Positions 53,259 to 63,072 of a stretch of DNA of 64,000 nucleotides are shown in pieces. Both the position numbers and the translations under genes were made by a program. Source of the DNA: a virus; the IMG/VR virus record IMGVR_UViG_3300009788_000088; one strand, written 5' to 3'. The notes under the pieces are model-generated. The model was not told where the DNA came from. It made no database searches and saw nothing but the letters and a program-made list of their open reading frames with translations. Positions within the stretch are counted from its first letter, which is position 1. Every line of letters begins with the position of its first letter.

Positions 53259-55481
53259 TTAATTCACCTCCCTAAGCTGTGTAAAGTTGTCTTCAATTTG
53301 AGCTAAATACTCCCTGTCAAATCCCTCAACCAACCCCGACTTATGAGAGATAATATTAATTGCTTTGGACTCATCGTTAGCCTTCCGCCTCAACACCCGG
53401 AGTATATCATCACACCCTTGGTCATCAAGATGGCTGTCCAGAAGCTCATCAAGGAACATAAGATTCGTAATGATGGTAGACTTGGCGGCCGCAAGGTCTA
53501 CGAACGCCAGCATAATGGCGATGTTGATACGAGACTTCTGGCCAGATGAAAACGATTCATACTTGAACTTATCACGGAACCGAGACTTGATTTCCACATC
53601 AAACGTGGATGTGAAATGGAAGTCATAGTAAGCATCCAATTCCACGAGGAAATGGTTGATACGTTCGTTCAGAAATGGAATGTAAATATCAACAATATGC
53701 GCCTTGATACCATCATCTGACAGCACCTTTTTGATAAGCCCGTAATACTCCAGTGTGTGTGAGTATTCATCTACCTCAGTCTTCAAGTCTTCCAAGACCT
53801 TCACGGTGTCTTTTACGATATCCTCTTCGCCCTCAATATCTATCAACGCTTCATCACCCAAATTCCGTAACTTCTCTTCATTACTTTCGATGTAACGTTC
53901 AAACTGACGCATATTGATTTCGGCCAACTCCAATGTCTTGGTGGCATCCTCTAAAGACTTAATCATCTCCCGGACCTTATCCAACCTAACCACAAACTTG
54001 TCACGGCTTTCCACTGTATCCGCCATTTCATCCCTCAGACGCTTGATATCACCTTCAATCTCTTTAGGGGATGCCAACACAGCCGCCATATCATTAAAGT
54101 CCTTCTGAGCGGTCTCAGCGGCGCTCAATAAAGATTTTTTATCAACAAACACTTCTACTCTTCGGTCAAAGTTCAACTGGATTTGAATAGTGGAGGATTT
54201 ATCTTCCTGCTTTCGTTCTCGCTCTTCCCGAAGCTCTTTAATCTTGGCTTCAAAGGCGTCAAGTTCCTCCTGACACCTTCTCTCATCCGCAAAGACGAAA
54301 TCATCAGCACAGGCTTCTCGTTGACAAGTAGGACATTTACCCCCAGCTATCAGTTCTTCGAAGCGCTTGGCTTCCGCCATTTGCGTTTCCCAGTATACAA
54401 TATTTTGACGGCGAATAGATTCTACCTCAACATCGATTTGTTCAATCTGTTCCGTAAGCGCAGAGTTATCCACCCGACCGCCCAATTCCTTTCTCAATCG
54501 GTCCACACTAACTTTAACAGATTCCAATTCCTCTGTAGCTGTCTCCACTGCTTCTTTTAAAGATCGCTCCCGTTCCAACATATGGGCGGCGTCTCTCTTG
54601 ACCTCAGCAAACCGGACCTCCTTGGTCATCAACTCTTCATTGCACCCATCAATGATTTTGTTCTTCTTCTGGAGTTCATCGTTAGTATCCCCCTCAGCGG
54701 CTATCAAAACATCAGCCGTGGGTAGGTCTTCAATGATGGTCTTGTAACCAATAACCATTTTTTCACCATCTATCTGTCTAGCCTTGGTGAAGTCCAACTC
54801 ATCTCTCAATTCCTTCTCACGAGAAGCTCTATGATCCTTCTCAGCGGCGGCCAACACTTTTATCTTATTAAGATTCTCTTTGGCCCCAACAACTACCAAC
54901 TCCTGTGCAGATGATTTCACCCCCGTGTCTTTAAGATCACTTTTAATGACAGTAGTCCACACCTTGAGAATATCAGACATCACAGAGAACTGACGGATGT
55001 TTAGAAGCTCTTCTACAATCTCCCGGCGTTCGGCTGGAGTCATCTCCATAAAGAACTTAGAGTCCGCCTCAGACATGACTACCGTGTTCCGGAAGGTGTT
55101 AGCGTTCATCTCCAGAATCTCTTCCACGATACGCTGATCATCCCGGACATTAGCGGCCTTCTCTTGTTCTTCTCCATCAATATACAATCGGAGATAATTC
55201 GGCTTCACCCCACGTTCAATGACATACTTCGTGTCACCTTTATAGAATGTGACAAAAACCTCCAGTGCCTTATTGTTGATAGAATTAATAAGTTCATCCT
55301 TGTTCACCCCTGTCATCGATTTATTGTAGAGACAGAAAAACAGGGCCTCCATAATGGTGGACTTCCCCATTCCGTTGGCTCCCCGGATACGGGCAAGTTC
55401 TTTTTCATGGAACGTAAAAGTGGTAGGACTGTTCCCAAAGGACTTGTAATTTCGTAAGGTCACACTTTTAAAGCGTATCAT
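53259..55481 (-). CDS. gp46: Rad50/SbcC-like recombination ATPase
   Basis: GANGMGKS, CPTC zinc hook, coiled coil, FSSGQ signature, FLDE and IISH. Confidence 0.96.
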   Translation of the reverse strand: MIRFKSVTLRNYKSFGNSPTTFTFHEKELARIRGANGMGKSTIMEALFFCLYNKSMTGVNKDELINSINNKALEVFVTFYKGDTKYVIERGVKPNYLRLYIDGEEQEKAANVRDDQRIVEEILEMNANTFRNTVVMSEADSKFFMEMTPAERREIVEELLNIRQFSVMSDILKVWTTVIKSDLKDTGVKSSAQELVVVGAKENLNKIKVLAAAEKDHRASREKELRDELDFTKARQIDGEKMVIGYKTIIEDLPTADVLIAAEGDTNDELQKKNKIIDGCNEELMTKEVRFAEVKRDAAHMLERERSLKEAVETATEELESVKVSVDRLRKELGGRVDNSALTEQIEQIDVEVESIRRQNIVYWETQMAEAKRFEELIAGGKCPTCQREACADDFVFADERRCQEELDAFEAKIKELREERERKQEDKSSTIQIQLNFDRRVEVFVDKKSLLSAAETAQKDFNDMAAVLASPKEIEGDIKRLRDEMADTVESRDKFVVRLDKVREMIKSLEDATKTLELAEINMRQFERYIESNEEKLRNLGDEALIDIEGEEDIVKDTVKVLEDLKTEVDEYSHTLEYYGLIKKVLSDDGIKAHIVDIYIPFLNERINHFLVELDAYYDFHFTSTFDVEIKSRFRDKFKYESFSSGQKSRINIAIMLAFVDLAAAKSTIITNLMFLDELLDSHLDDQGCDDILRVLRRKANDESKAINIISHKSGLVEGFDREYLAQIEDNFTQLREVN

Positions 55482-56527
55482 GATTTCATTTGCTCCAATG
55501 CCTCATTATATAACTGACCCATATATTTTGTTATTGATTTTTTCTTAAGGCCAGCAGGAAGCTCAAGATCATCAACATATTCCTTCATGATGGTGAGTGT
55601 ATCCTTAACCCTCAATTCCTCCACATTCACCCCAACCCCACCATAAGCATACTGGAAGTTGTCAATAACTTCGAAGGAAAGGAGTTGTGGATTGTCAACC
55701 ACGAACCGATCAATATCCCGCCGTACAATCTTGGGGTCTTCCTCTCCTTCAACAAAAAGCTTCACCCAATCCTCTCCCAATTGTGGAGACTCCCACTGGT
55801 CGGCCGATTCGTACCGGACTTTCACGTGACGACCGGAGACCGTGTTATCCACGCTCTTCATAATGCCGTCTTTGAAATGATAAAAGCGTTTTGGGACGCC
55901 GCTATCATGCCATGTCAATTCATAAGGCGCTCCCACATAGTTGATGTTCCCGGTGAACTGTTCTGTATGATAATGGCCTGACAAAACTGTCTTCCATCGT
56001 TTGAAAAGTCCGGGGTCCATGCCAAAGGTGGCGTTGTACCCCGGCTGTGCTTGGAACCCATAAAGTTCCAGATGGGCCATAAGAATATCTGCATCTGGTA
56101 TCGACTCGATGGTGGTCGGGTCAATTATCCATGGGGCTAGTGCAATGGCCATGTTGCCAACGTGGACTAATTGATTTTCTATAATCGGATACACGTTCTT
56201 GAGCCCATCGACAATAGGCTCAATGGAGTTGGGTATAAGGCTGGTTTTATAGTACGTGTCATGGTTACCCAACACCATCCAGATACGGGCACCCGAAACG
56301 TCCAGCTTTCCAAGGAGAGCCTTGGCCCGATTCTGAATAAACACATCAATGGATGTACGATTGTCGAAGAAATCTCCCAAGATGAAGATATCTGTTGGGC
56401 GCTCTTCCGCCACGTAGGGGATAAAAACGTCATACCAGAATCGTTCTTGGGATGTTAGGACGGCACGGAGATTTTGCTTCGCACCAAAATGGGGGTCACC
56501 TACTACAACGAAATTAGTCTCACTCAT
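55478..56527 (-). CDS. gp47: Mre11/SbcD-like recombination nuclease
   Basis: GDPHFG, GDFFD, GNHD and SGHYH motifs. Confidence 0.96.
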   Translation of the reverse strand: MSETNFVVVGDPHFGAKQNLRAVLTSQERFWYDVFIPYVAEERPTDIFILGDFFDNRTSIDVFIQNRAKALLGKLDVSGARIWMVLGNHDTYYKTSLIPNSIEPIVDGLKNVYPIIENQLVHVGNMAIALAPWIIDPTTIESIPDADILMAHLELYGFQAQPGYNATFGMDPGLFKRWKTVLSGHYHTEQFTGNINYVGAPYELTWHDSGVPKRFYHFKDGIMKSVDNTVSGRHVKVRYESADQWESPQLGEDWVKLFVEGEEDPKIVRRDIDRFVVDNPQLLSFEVIDNFQYAYGGVGVNVEELRVKDTLTIMKEYVDDLELPAGLKKKSITKYMGQLYNEALEQMKS

Positions 56528-56945
56528 AATCCTCTTCCCTGTAATTTTGTTGACTCAGTGGAACTGTTTTTATGTCACCTTGAGATTCCATTATATCAGC
56601 AAGACGTCTTTTTGTTATAGAATTTTTTAACTCCTTATTAATCCAATAAATGAAAGCATTCTTGGCAATTTGACTAAAGTATGCAAACGGATTGTTAGAC
56701 CGTTCTGGGTTGAACTTCAAAATATACCGGGTCATCATATGTAAAGCATGGCTCATCATCTCATCAAGAAAACTGTAATTAACAAAATTGCCTCGTGTTC
56801 CCATTCGTTGAACAATTTTCATAAACTTCAACCCTATCTCTTCAGGAATTTGTGTCTCTGGGTCTCTTTCAACAGCCGCATGATATTCTACTAACTGTTG
56901 ATAAAATTCTTTGTTGTTGATGTAATGACGGCTTTTGTTACCCAT
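56520..56945 (-). CDS. gp55: Late-transcription sigma factor
   Basis: HYINNKEF, NFVNYSFLDEM and FNPERSNNPFAYFSQIAKNAF. Confidence 0.96.
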   Translation of the reverse strand: MGNKSRHYINNKEFYQQLVEYHAAVERDPETQIPEEIGLKFMKIVQRMGTRGNFVNYSFLDEMMSHALHMMTRYILKFNPERSNNPFAYFSQIAKNAFIYWINKELKNSITKRRLADIMESQGDIKTVPLSQQNYREEDYE

Positions 56946-57058
56946 AAAAATCTCCTTAAAACATAGATATGTAAACATACTATCACATCTATCAAATTTT
57001 GTTACTAATTATTTTACAAATATAGAATATTGTGATAAGGTGATGAGGTAATCAAAAT

Positions 57059-57091
57059 GAAGCCCCTGAATAATGACAAATCAGGGGCTTC
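57059..57091. terminator. Hairpin, probable terminator
   Basis: GAAGCCCCTGA...TCAGGGGCTTC. Confidence 0.55.
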
Positions 57092-57137
57092 TGTGGGCTT
57101 TTAGACCCGTGAAAGGAGGTAGCCGTATAGCTATAAG

Positions 57138-57145
57138 TATTTATA
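57138..57145 (-). promoter_or_regulatory. T4-type late promoter upstream of gp55
   Basis: TATAAATACTT. Confidence 0.65.
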
Positions 57146-58015
57146 TTATTTCTTCTCTCCCCAAGATACTTTAAGCCATTCCTGTTCTAATTTTCTCATA
57201 GTGACTTTATCGGGGAAAGCATCCTGATAATATTTTCCTTTGGTAAGTTTGAGTGTTTTTATGATATCCTTACCGATAGGATTCCTTAAAGGAGCGGTGA
57301 TAAATGAAGCCCCCACCTTCCGGAGTTGTTTCAATTCAACCTCTACCTGTGGGTTAGTTGGATCACCCAGATCAATCATGGCATCAACCTCTTTAAAATG
57401 CTTACCGAAAAGTTTATCATATTTTCCAGTCAAAGCCATTTTGTTGATTTGTTCCCACGTATCCCGAAGCATTTTTTTATCAACTGTCCGGTAACGTTCT
57501 TCATTCCTCTTTAACGAAGTTTCAAGGTCCACGTTAATGAACACCCCAGATACGTCATATCCAATCTTTTCTAAAAACTCTTTTTGTTTATTGAGGCGGC
57601 CGGGGTTTTTCCCGGTTCCATCAATGATGATAGGAAACATTCCATTAACCCAGAAAGCAAATCGCTTGGACGTGAGAGGTTTCACCCTTTGCTCTCTATA
57701 ATCCCGAATTTCTGGGCGATTCATATAATCCGCCGTAAAAACCTTCCCCAACTTCCCAGCCTTCACATCCCGCATAAGCTGAAGTACCTGACGGGTATCA
57801 GCCAAGTGATTAGGATTTCCGGTGATATAGTTGTTGAACAAAACCATTTCAAAAATATCATCAGAGTTAAGCGTTACCGCTCCCATACCCCCAAACATCT
57901 TACTAGAGAAAAAAGATTTTCCAGACCCCGGAGCACCTACCATAAAAACGGCCTTGAACAGATTCTTATCATTGATGGACTCTGTATAAAATTGTGAAAA
58001 AGTTACCAGTTCCAT
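57146..58015 (-). CDS. Zeta-toxin-like P-loop kinase with a CTS-like N-terminus
   Basis: GAPGSGKS, NSDD, IIDGTG, GYDV and SLKRNEER motifs. Confidence 0.8.
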   Translation of the reverse strand: MELVTFSQFYTESINDKNLFKAVFMVGAPGSGKSFFSSKMFGGMGAVTLNSDDIFEMVLFNNYITGNPNHLADTRQVLQLMRDVKAGKLGKVFTADYMNRPEIRDYREQRVKPLTSKRFAFWVNGMFPIIIDGTGKNPGRLNKQKEFLEKIGYDVSGVFINVDLETSLKRNEERYRTVDKKMLRDTWEQINKMALTGKYDKLFGKHFKEVDAMIDLGDPTNPQVEVELKQLRKVGASFITAPLRNPIGKDIIKTLKLTKGKYYQDAFPDKVTMRKLEQEWLKVSWGEKK

Positions 58016-58016
58016 G

Positions 58017-58535
58017 TTACACTCCTTCGGGGGTTGGGGTGTTAAACTCTTCCCAAATTCTTCTAGCCAACTTTAGTGCCTTATCATACCCGGTCTGTTT
58101 CTTCAGACCTGTGAAATGGTTAGAACGGGGTATCGTTTCCCAATTTCCATAATGCTTCTTCCGGTTGACCATCATCTTTACCTGTGCTGGGTCATACCTG
58201 AGAGTTTTCTTCTCATCAACACCCATTAAAACATAATATGCTAATTTGTTGAGTGATTTCTGATATTGTTCCGGGATGGTCAAATCTACAATCTTAGCGT
58301 TCCAACCTTTCCCTATCTCAACCCACCCGTGGTTAATTCTCATACCACTGGGACCAAGCATGGTCACCTGTCCGTTAACAAGAGTCATTTTCTTATGGTC
58401 ATCGAAATGCGATATCATATACATGACGGCGCACTCAAAACACTGACCAAGCCACCTCTTCTTAGACTTCAATTCTCTTTTTATATCATCCTTGTAAAAG
58501 GATGGTACGGCTGAGAAGGCTTCCCTTAATTTCAT
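58017..58535 (-). CDS. Transglutaminase/papain-fold protein (C-H-D triad)
   Basis: GQCFECA...HGWVE...IVDLT. Confidence 0.6.
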   Translation of the reverse strand: MKLREAFSAVPSFYKDDIKRELKSKKRWLGQCFECAVMYMISHFDDHKKMTLVNGQVTMLGPSGMRINHGWVEIGKGWNAKIVDLTIPEQYQKSLNKLAYYVLMGVDEKKTLRYDPAQVKMMVNRKKHYGNWETIPRSNHFTGLKKQTGYDKALKLARRIWEEFNTPTPEGV

Positions 58536-58801
58536 GCGGCTTGTCTCTTCCAACCCACCCCACCCATTTTAGTCCTGATGTCAGCCGCAATATTTTTTTC
58601 TTCAGGAGTTTGGGGATCACGCCTACCAAGCAAAAACTCCATGGCAAAATCAACATACTGCTTAGGAAGTTCTTGAATATACTGTTTCATTACATCTGAA
58701 AGTTTAAACGGGGTCGTCCAACTCTTCCCAGACCCCTTTCCACGAGATTGGTTTTTAGGCTTCTTGCCACGAGCTTCTTTGATAAATTCAGAGAATCGCA
58801 T
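58532..58801 (-). CDS. Basic internal-head-protein-like polypeptide
   Basis: MRFSEFIKEA resembles the T4 capsid-targeting sequence. Confidence 0.6.
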   Translation of the reverse strand: MRFSEFIKEARGKKPKNQSRGKGSGKSWTTPFKLSDVMKQYIQELPKQYVDFAMEFLLGRRDPQTPEEKNIAADIRTKMGGVGWKRQAA

Positions 58802-59050
58802 TTAATCCTCCTTAACAATGTTTACAAAAAGGTCCATCTTCAGAAGGACATCAAGTTCCTTCATCTTGATAGAGAATTCCTTTTCCTTTTCTTCGTCTGT
58901 TAGGACATACTGTTCATCTACCGTTGTCACGATATACTTACCGGGTTCAATCCTATCCCCCGTATCAGATGAATAAAAGGATTTAAAATTTATAATAGTC
59001 CCGTCTGAAATCGCTTCTTCGTTCAGTTCTACCGCATTGTAAAATTTCAT
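58802..59050 (-). CDS. Hypothetical protein with a CTS-like start
   Basis: MKFYNAVELNEEA. Confidence 0.55.
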   Translation of the reverse strand: MKFYNAVELNEEAISDGTIINFKSFYSSDTGDRIEPGKYIVTTVDEQYVLTDEEKEKEFSIKMKELDVLLKMDLFVNIVKED

Positions 59051-59748
59051 TACAGATTCCTTTTATTACCAATAGCAAAACCAAATGACATTGCCATATC
59101 AATGAGTTTTCGAATTGGTAAATCAATCATAAGAACATGAGTCATGATATCCGGATCGATAAGCATAGCCGACAGATACCTATGATGTCCATCAATGAGA
59201 TGACCACTCTTACTGACCACGGACACAGACCTGTTTTCAATATTACTTTTGCGGGTTGCTATACCTTCATCCTTGGCTACCCTCATGGCTATATCTAAAT
59301 ATATCTGGGACTGGATAGGAGTTATATCCTTGACCTTCATCTTCGTCCGTATTACCTTTATCTGATCATCTTTAATAGAACCATCTTTTAAACCACGCAT
59401 CAAGAACTTCCCGGCCGATGCCGCCGTGAACATATCCGGGAACAAATTTTTCTGATCAGTGCCCGGAGCAAACGGTTTCTTATGGTCTATACGTCCAGCT
59501 TCAATATCCTTCTTAAACCGTGGGGTATCCACTGTGTTAACAACTGGCATATCTTTACGCTTGGTCCAACCCTTCTTAACCTTACGGTTAGCCAGTTGCC
59601 AATTCTGTTTGAAATTGATAATCTCTTTCTCAATATCCATACCAACAGAATTTAGGTAAGTTACCACTTCCTGATAACTCATTTTCCCAAAGTCATATTT
59701 CCCGGCGGTATGACTCGCTCCGACCTTGACAGCCTCGTTGAATTTCAT
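59050..59748 (-). CDS. ParB/Srx-like domain protein
   Basis: ITPIQSQIY...VVSKSGHLIDGHHRY. Confidence 0.75.
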   Translation of the reverse strand: MKFNEAVKVGASHTAGKYDFGKMSYQEVVTYLNSVGMDIEKEIINFKQNWQLANRKVKKGWTKRKDMPVVNTVDTPRFKKDIEAGRIDHKKPFAPGTDQKNLFPDMFTAASAGKFLMRGLKDGSIKDDQIKVIRTKMKVKDITPIQSQIYLDIAMRVAKDEGIATRKSNIENRSVSVVSKSGHLIDGHHRYLSAMLIDPDIMTHVLMIDLPIRKLIDMAMSFGFAIGNKRNL

Positions 59749-59785
59749 TTAAACAAACCTCCGGTAAAGGTGTTAGTATTACAAG

Positions 59786-59793
59786 TATTTATA
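59786..59793 (-). promoter_or_regulatory. T4-type late promoter
   Basis: TATAAATACTT upstream of the five-gene CTS cluster. Confidence 0.75.
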
Positions 59794-59802
59794 ATGTTGG
59801 GG

Positions 59803-61386
59803 TTAAATTGTGCCTTTGAAGGAATACTTGAATCCCTGCTTGTTATAAATCGCAAGTCTGTCCTCAAAATGTCTAGTCCCAAAGGAGGTGATTCCAAGAT
59901 TATCCCAAATGTCAATCAAAATGGCCCGATCCTTGTTATCATACAATCGGATACCCCGGCCAATAGACTGAACTACTCGGATACTGGACTTGGAGGGAGT
60001 GGCAAACATGACATGGTGGAGATTAGGAATGTTGATCCCGGTGCTAAACGTTTCATAAGATGCTACCAAGATATTGTTGGTGGTCTTTTTCATCAGATCA
60101 ATGATCTTCTGGCGGACCTCTTGATCAATCTTCCCACATACAAATAAAACGTTACGATCCGGGAACTTCATGTTTAAATATTCATGAAGGTTTTTACCGT
60201 GTTTGTTGCCGCTGAACAGGACAAGAGTGTTCGTATCTTGAGTAACATAATTACTCAAAACCTGATAAATTTTTGGGAACCTGTAAGGGGGTAACTCTTC
60301 TCGGAGAAATTTATATTCTTGTCGATAATTCTTGACAAGTTTCCGACGATACGCTACTATAGTATTCCTGTACTCAAATTCATAAGCATCAATTTCCAAC
60401 GGAACCACATGGCCTTCATCCATCATCTCTTTCATAGTAGTTCCGGTAAACTCCGGTCCAATGAATCCGATAATGTTCTGGCGGGTTAATTCATCCTCTG
60501 GAAATGTCCCAGTCAAACCATAACGAAAACTGGCATTCGACATAAGTTTAAGCATATCAGTGATAGCGGATGATTCTTTAGACCCAATATGAACTTCATC
60601 TACCATCACACAATCAACCTGACGGAAGAACTCTGGGTTGCCCTTGTTAATAATCCACTTCCCGGTTTTCTTCTCCCGGCGCTCAGTTGGTATAAATGAC
60701 TGTAAACTCTGCCACGTGGATACAACGATATTACTCATATGTTCCTTGGGATTCCCAAAGAATATCTTATGAAGTTCCCTATCATACCCATAGTCATAAA
60801 AATCCCCAGCCATCTGATTAACAAGATTGATTGTGGGCACTATGATAAGAGTTTGACGTTTCGTTATCTCCATGTAATTAGCCACAGCGTACATGACAGC
60901 CGATTTACCAGAGGATGTGGGAAGGGATATCGCACGGCGCTTGTTCCGGAGCATCTGATAGATAGCCTCATACTGATAATGTCGAACATCAGCATCACCC
61001 GGAAGATGAATCCCTAGACCATCCACATAGGCCAGAATGTCTCTCCGGTCTATGGGCATATGGTCCGCCGCTGGAAGCTCTATAGAGAACTTACCCAATC
61101 TGGCGAACTCTATCAGACGATCACGCTGACCAATAGGAAACAAACTTTGTTTAAAACTATACAAAGAAACGAAGCCATCCCAGATTTTGGCCTTGTACCG
61201 GGGCATATGCTTGTAATCAGGCGGACGCCAACTCATCCACTCACGAAGTGATTCCCGGATACCACGCTCAGCGTTTACCCGATAATAGACTTCGTTGTAT
61301 TTAATAACCTTTATATCAGGGGGCAATTTCGTCTGGGAGATCAATCCCAACCTTGCGTAGAATGTCCCTTGCCTGTTGCCCACCAT
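59803..61386 (-). CDS. uvsW: UvsW SF2 DNA helicase
   Basis: WDGFVSL, YQ, LPTSSGKS, STWQS, DEVH, GLTGT, STGINIP and QSIGRGIR; start uncertain. Confidence 0.95.
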   Translation of the reverse strand: MVGNRQGTFYARLGLISQTKLPPDIKVIKYNEVYYRVNAERGIRESLREWMSWRPPDYKHMPRYKAKIWDGFVSLYSFKQSLFPIGQRDRLIEFARLGKFSIELPAADHMPIDRRDILAYVDGLGIHLPGDADVRHYQYEAIYQMLRNKRRAISLPTSSGKSAVMYAVANYMEITKRQTLIIVPTINLVNQMAGDFYDYGYDRELHKIFFGNPKEHMSNIVVSTWQSLQSFIPTERREKKTGKWIINKGNPEFFRQVDCVMVDEVHIGSKESSAITDMLKLMSNASFRYGLTGTFPEDELTRQNIIGFIGPEFTGTTMKEMMDEGHVVPLEIDAYEFEYRNTIVAYRRKLVKNYRQEYKFLREELPPYRFPKIYQVLSNYVTQDTNTLVLFSGNKHGKNLHEYLNMKFPDRNVLFVCGKIDQEVRQKIIDLMKKTTNNILVASYETFSTGINIPNLHHVMFATPSKSSIRVVQSIGRGIRLYDNKDRAILIDIWDNLGITSFGTRHFEDRLAIYNKQGFKYSFKGTI

Positions 61387-61525
61387 CTACCATCAATGGA
61401 GGCGTTTGATAGACTTGACCGGGAATGACTTTGGCCGGAGTGAAATGGGGTTGCCAGTTGTTCCGATCCCCATAAAATTTTAAAATTTCAACCAATAGAT
61501 TTGTTGTCGCCGTATCAATATCCAT
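61316..61525 (-). CDS. Small hypothetical protein
   Basis: AAGGAG RBS. Confidence 0.5.
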   Translation of the reverse strand: MDIDTATTNLLVEILKFYGDRNNWQPHFTPAKVIPGQVYQTPPLMVDGGQQARDILRKVGIDLPDEIAP

Positions 61526-61536
61526 AACAATCTCCT

Positions 61537-61962
61537 TTAAATAATTCCTCCGCCAGCTTCAAATTTCTTCACACCTATCTCTGCTTTAATAAACCATATC
61601 CATCCGTCTAAAGTTTCAGTCTGGTTCTCTACGAATGTCATTTCTGTTTCTAAGAGATTGGTAGCATATTGTTGTTCTCTAACTGGTTCACTTCCTGCTA
61701 CAAATAATTTAAACTCATCTTGTGCCCCAAGTCTAAGAGGAGAGTTGGTTTTAAAATGTTTATGTGTTTCCATCTTCATCCTATCCAACTGTTTCTTTGA
61801 TTCGAAGAACTTTCCTTTCTTCAGAACGAATAGGGAAACTAGCTCATATCTTAACTTCAACAATCTTTCATATTCATCAATCAGGATTGTTCTATCAACA
61901 TTAAGCTTATCTTTCAAATATGGTTGAAGTTCGTTCATGGTTGTTGGAATTGATATTTTCAT
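61537..61962 (-). CDS. Probable UvsY recombination mediator
   Basis: 141 aa, helical, C-terminal KKFEAG; lies between gp3 and uvsW as in T4-like phages. Confidence 0.6.
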   Translation of the reverse strand: MKISIPTTMNELQPYLKDKLNVDRTILIDEYERLLKLRYELVSLFVLKKGKFFESKKQLDRMKMETHKHFKTNSPLRLGAQDEFKLFVAGSEPVREQQYATNLLETEMTFVENQTETLDGWIWFIKAEIGVKKFEAGGGII

Positions 61963-62075
61963 TTAACCTAATCCTTTTTTTTTTTCAAAAGTCCCGTACC
62001 AGAATATAAGTAGGACAATCTTTAATTCTAAACCTGTTATGGAGCATTATACACAAAACCCAAAAAAATGTTATC

Positions 62076-62118
62076 AAAAAAATGCCCCCAAGAATAGAAA
62101 GGTTCCGGGGGCATTTTC
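62076..62118 (-). terminator. Intrinsic terminator
   Basis: AAAATGCCCCC...GGGGGCATTTT with a T-run on the minus strand. Confidence 0.7.
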
Positions 62119-62141
62119 TTATCAATTCGGGTGATATAGGA

Positions 62142-62513
62142 TTATTTTTCCTCTTCCTCTTCCTCTTCCTCTTCCTCATCCTCACCGTTTTTAGCATCTT
62201 TACCATTTTCCTTCTTCTTTTCCCCGATGTCCGGCTTGTCCTTGTCGGCATCTTCGCCGTCATCATCCTTCTCATCCTTTTCTTTCGCCTTGAATTGTTC
62301 GATGAGTCTGTTGATGTCGGAGATGTCTCGGCCTTCTTTAAGACCCAGCTTTGATTTGACAATTTTCGTGACGGTTCCATAGAACTTTTCGGATTCTTTG
62401 GATTCGTCATACGTTTTAGCGGCGGCTGTCTTAGCCTGTTCGTAATATTGCTCCGCTTTCTCCAGTGGTACTCCCGCCTTCTTCGCTAGGGCGGCTAGGG
62501 CTGGTGCTGGCAT
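62142..62513 (-). CDS. Late protein with a very acidic tail
   Basis: GGAGG RBS; poly-Glu C-terminus. Confidence 0.65.
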   Translation of the reverse strand: MPAPALAALAKKAGVPLEKAEQYYEQAKTAAAKTYDESKESEKFYGTVTKIVKSKLGLKEGRDISDINRLIEQFKAKEKDEKDDDGEDADKDKPDIGEKKKENGKDAKNGEDEEEEEEEEEEK

Positions 62514-62525
62514 GATTATACCTCC

Positions 62526-63002
62526 TTATAATGGTTCCTGTGCGATTTCGAAATAAGAATATGAGAACGTGACAGTTCCAACGAAGACCGCCGTGTCCCG
62601 GTTATCCAACTGAAGGTCTGATAGTTGGGTGGGGTGAAGGTCAAAGAATCTGATTATGGTTAGAATGTTATTTTTATTACTATTGATAAACAGGTTTGCT
62701 GTGGTAGTTTTCGTCAAATCTCCATCCAAGTCGGCTGGGTTAACTGTACCATGCATCCATTTAAAAATTTCCAGATATGTTCCAATTCCTTCATCTACAT
62801 TATATTCCAAGGTTAGAGGACTGAAAGTCATTCTATCACCCGGAGCGGAGAACGTTCCCATTCTACCCGGCACCTTGACTTCAGGAAGGTCCACGCCGGG
62901 TAAGTTGACACTAACAATCCATATATTGAGCTTATCAAATTCGTTTGCTATGAATCGGTAATTTTGTCGGCTCTGACGGTCTAATTGATTTATTATGGAC
63001 AA
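62526..63002 (-). CDS. gp3: Tail completion / tube terminator (gp3-like, gp19 superfamily)
   Basis: SVNLPGV, PGD-x2-TFSPL, VDE...YLEIFKWM and VTFSYSYF; synteny. Confidence 0.8.
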   Translation of the reverse strand: MSIINQLDRQSRQNYRFIANEFDKLNIWIVSVNLPGVDLPEVKVPGRMGTFSAPGDRMTFSPLTLEYNVDEGIGTYLEIFKWMHGTVNPADLDGDLTKTTTANLFINSNKNNILTIIRFFDLHPTQLSDLQLDNRDTAVFVGTVTFSYSYFEIAQEPL

Positions 63003-63020
63003 GGTGATTCTCCTTTGAAG

Positions 63021-63047
63021 TATTTATAACATCAGAGAATATAAATA
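63021..63047. promoter_or_regulatory. Divergent pair of late promoters
   Basis: TATAAATA on the minus strand (63021-63028) and on the plus strand (63040-63047). Confidence 0.8.
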
Positions 63048-63072
63048 CTTAAAACTGTTATGATAAGGAGGA

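Noticed and set aside
408-62961. Numerous plus-strand ORFs in the ORF track (for example 18487-19470, 11695-12324, 25554-26135)
   Set aside because: They are antisense shadows of well-supported minus-strand genes and show no recognisable motifs.
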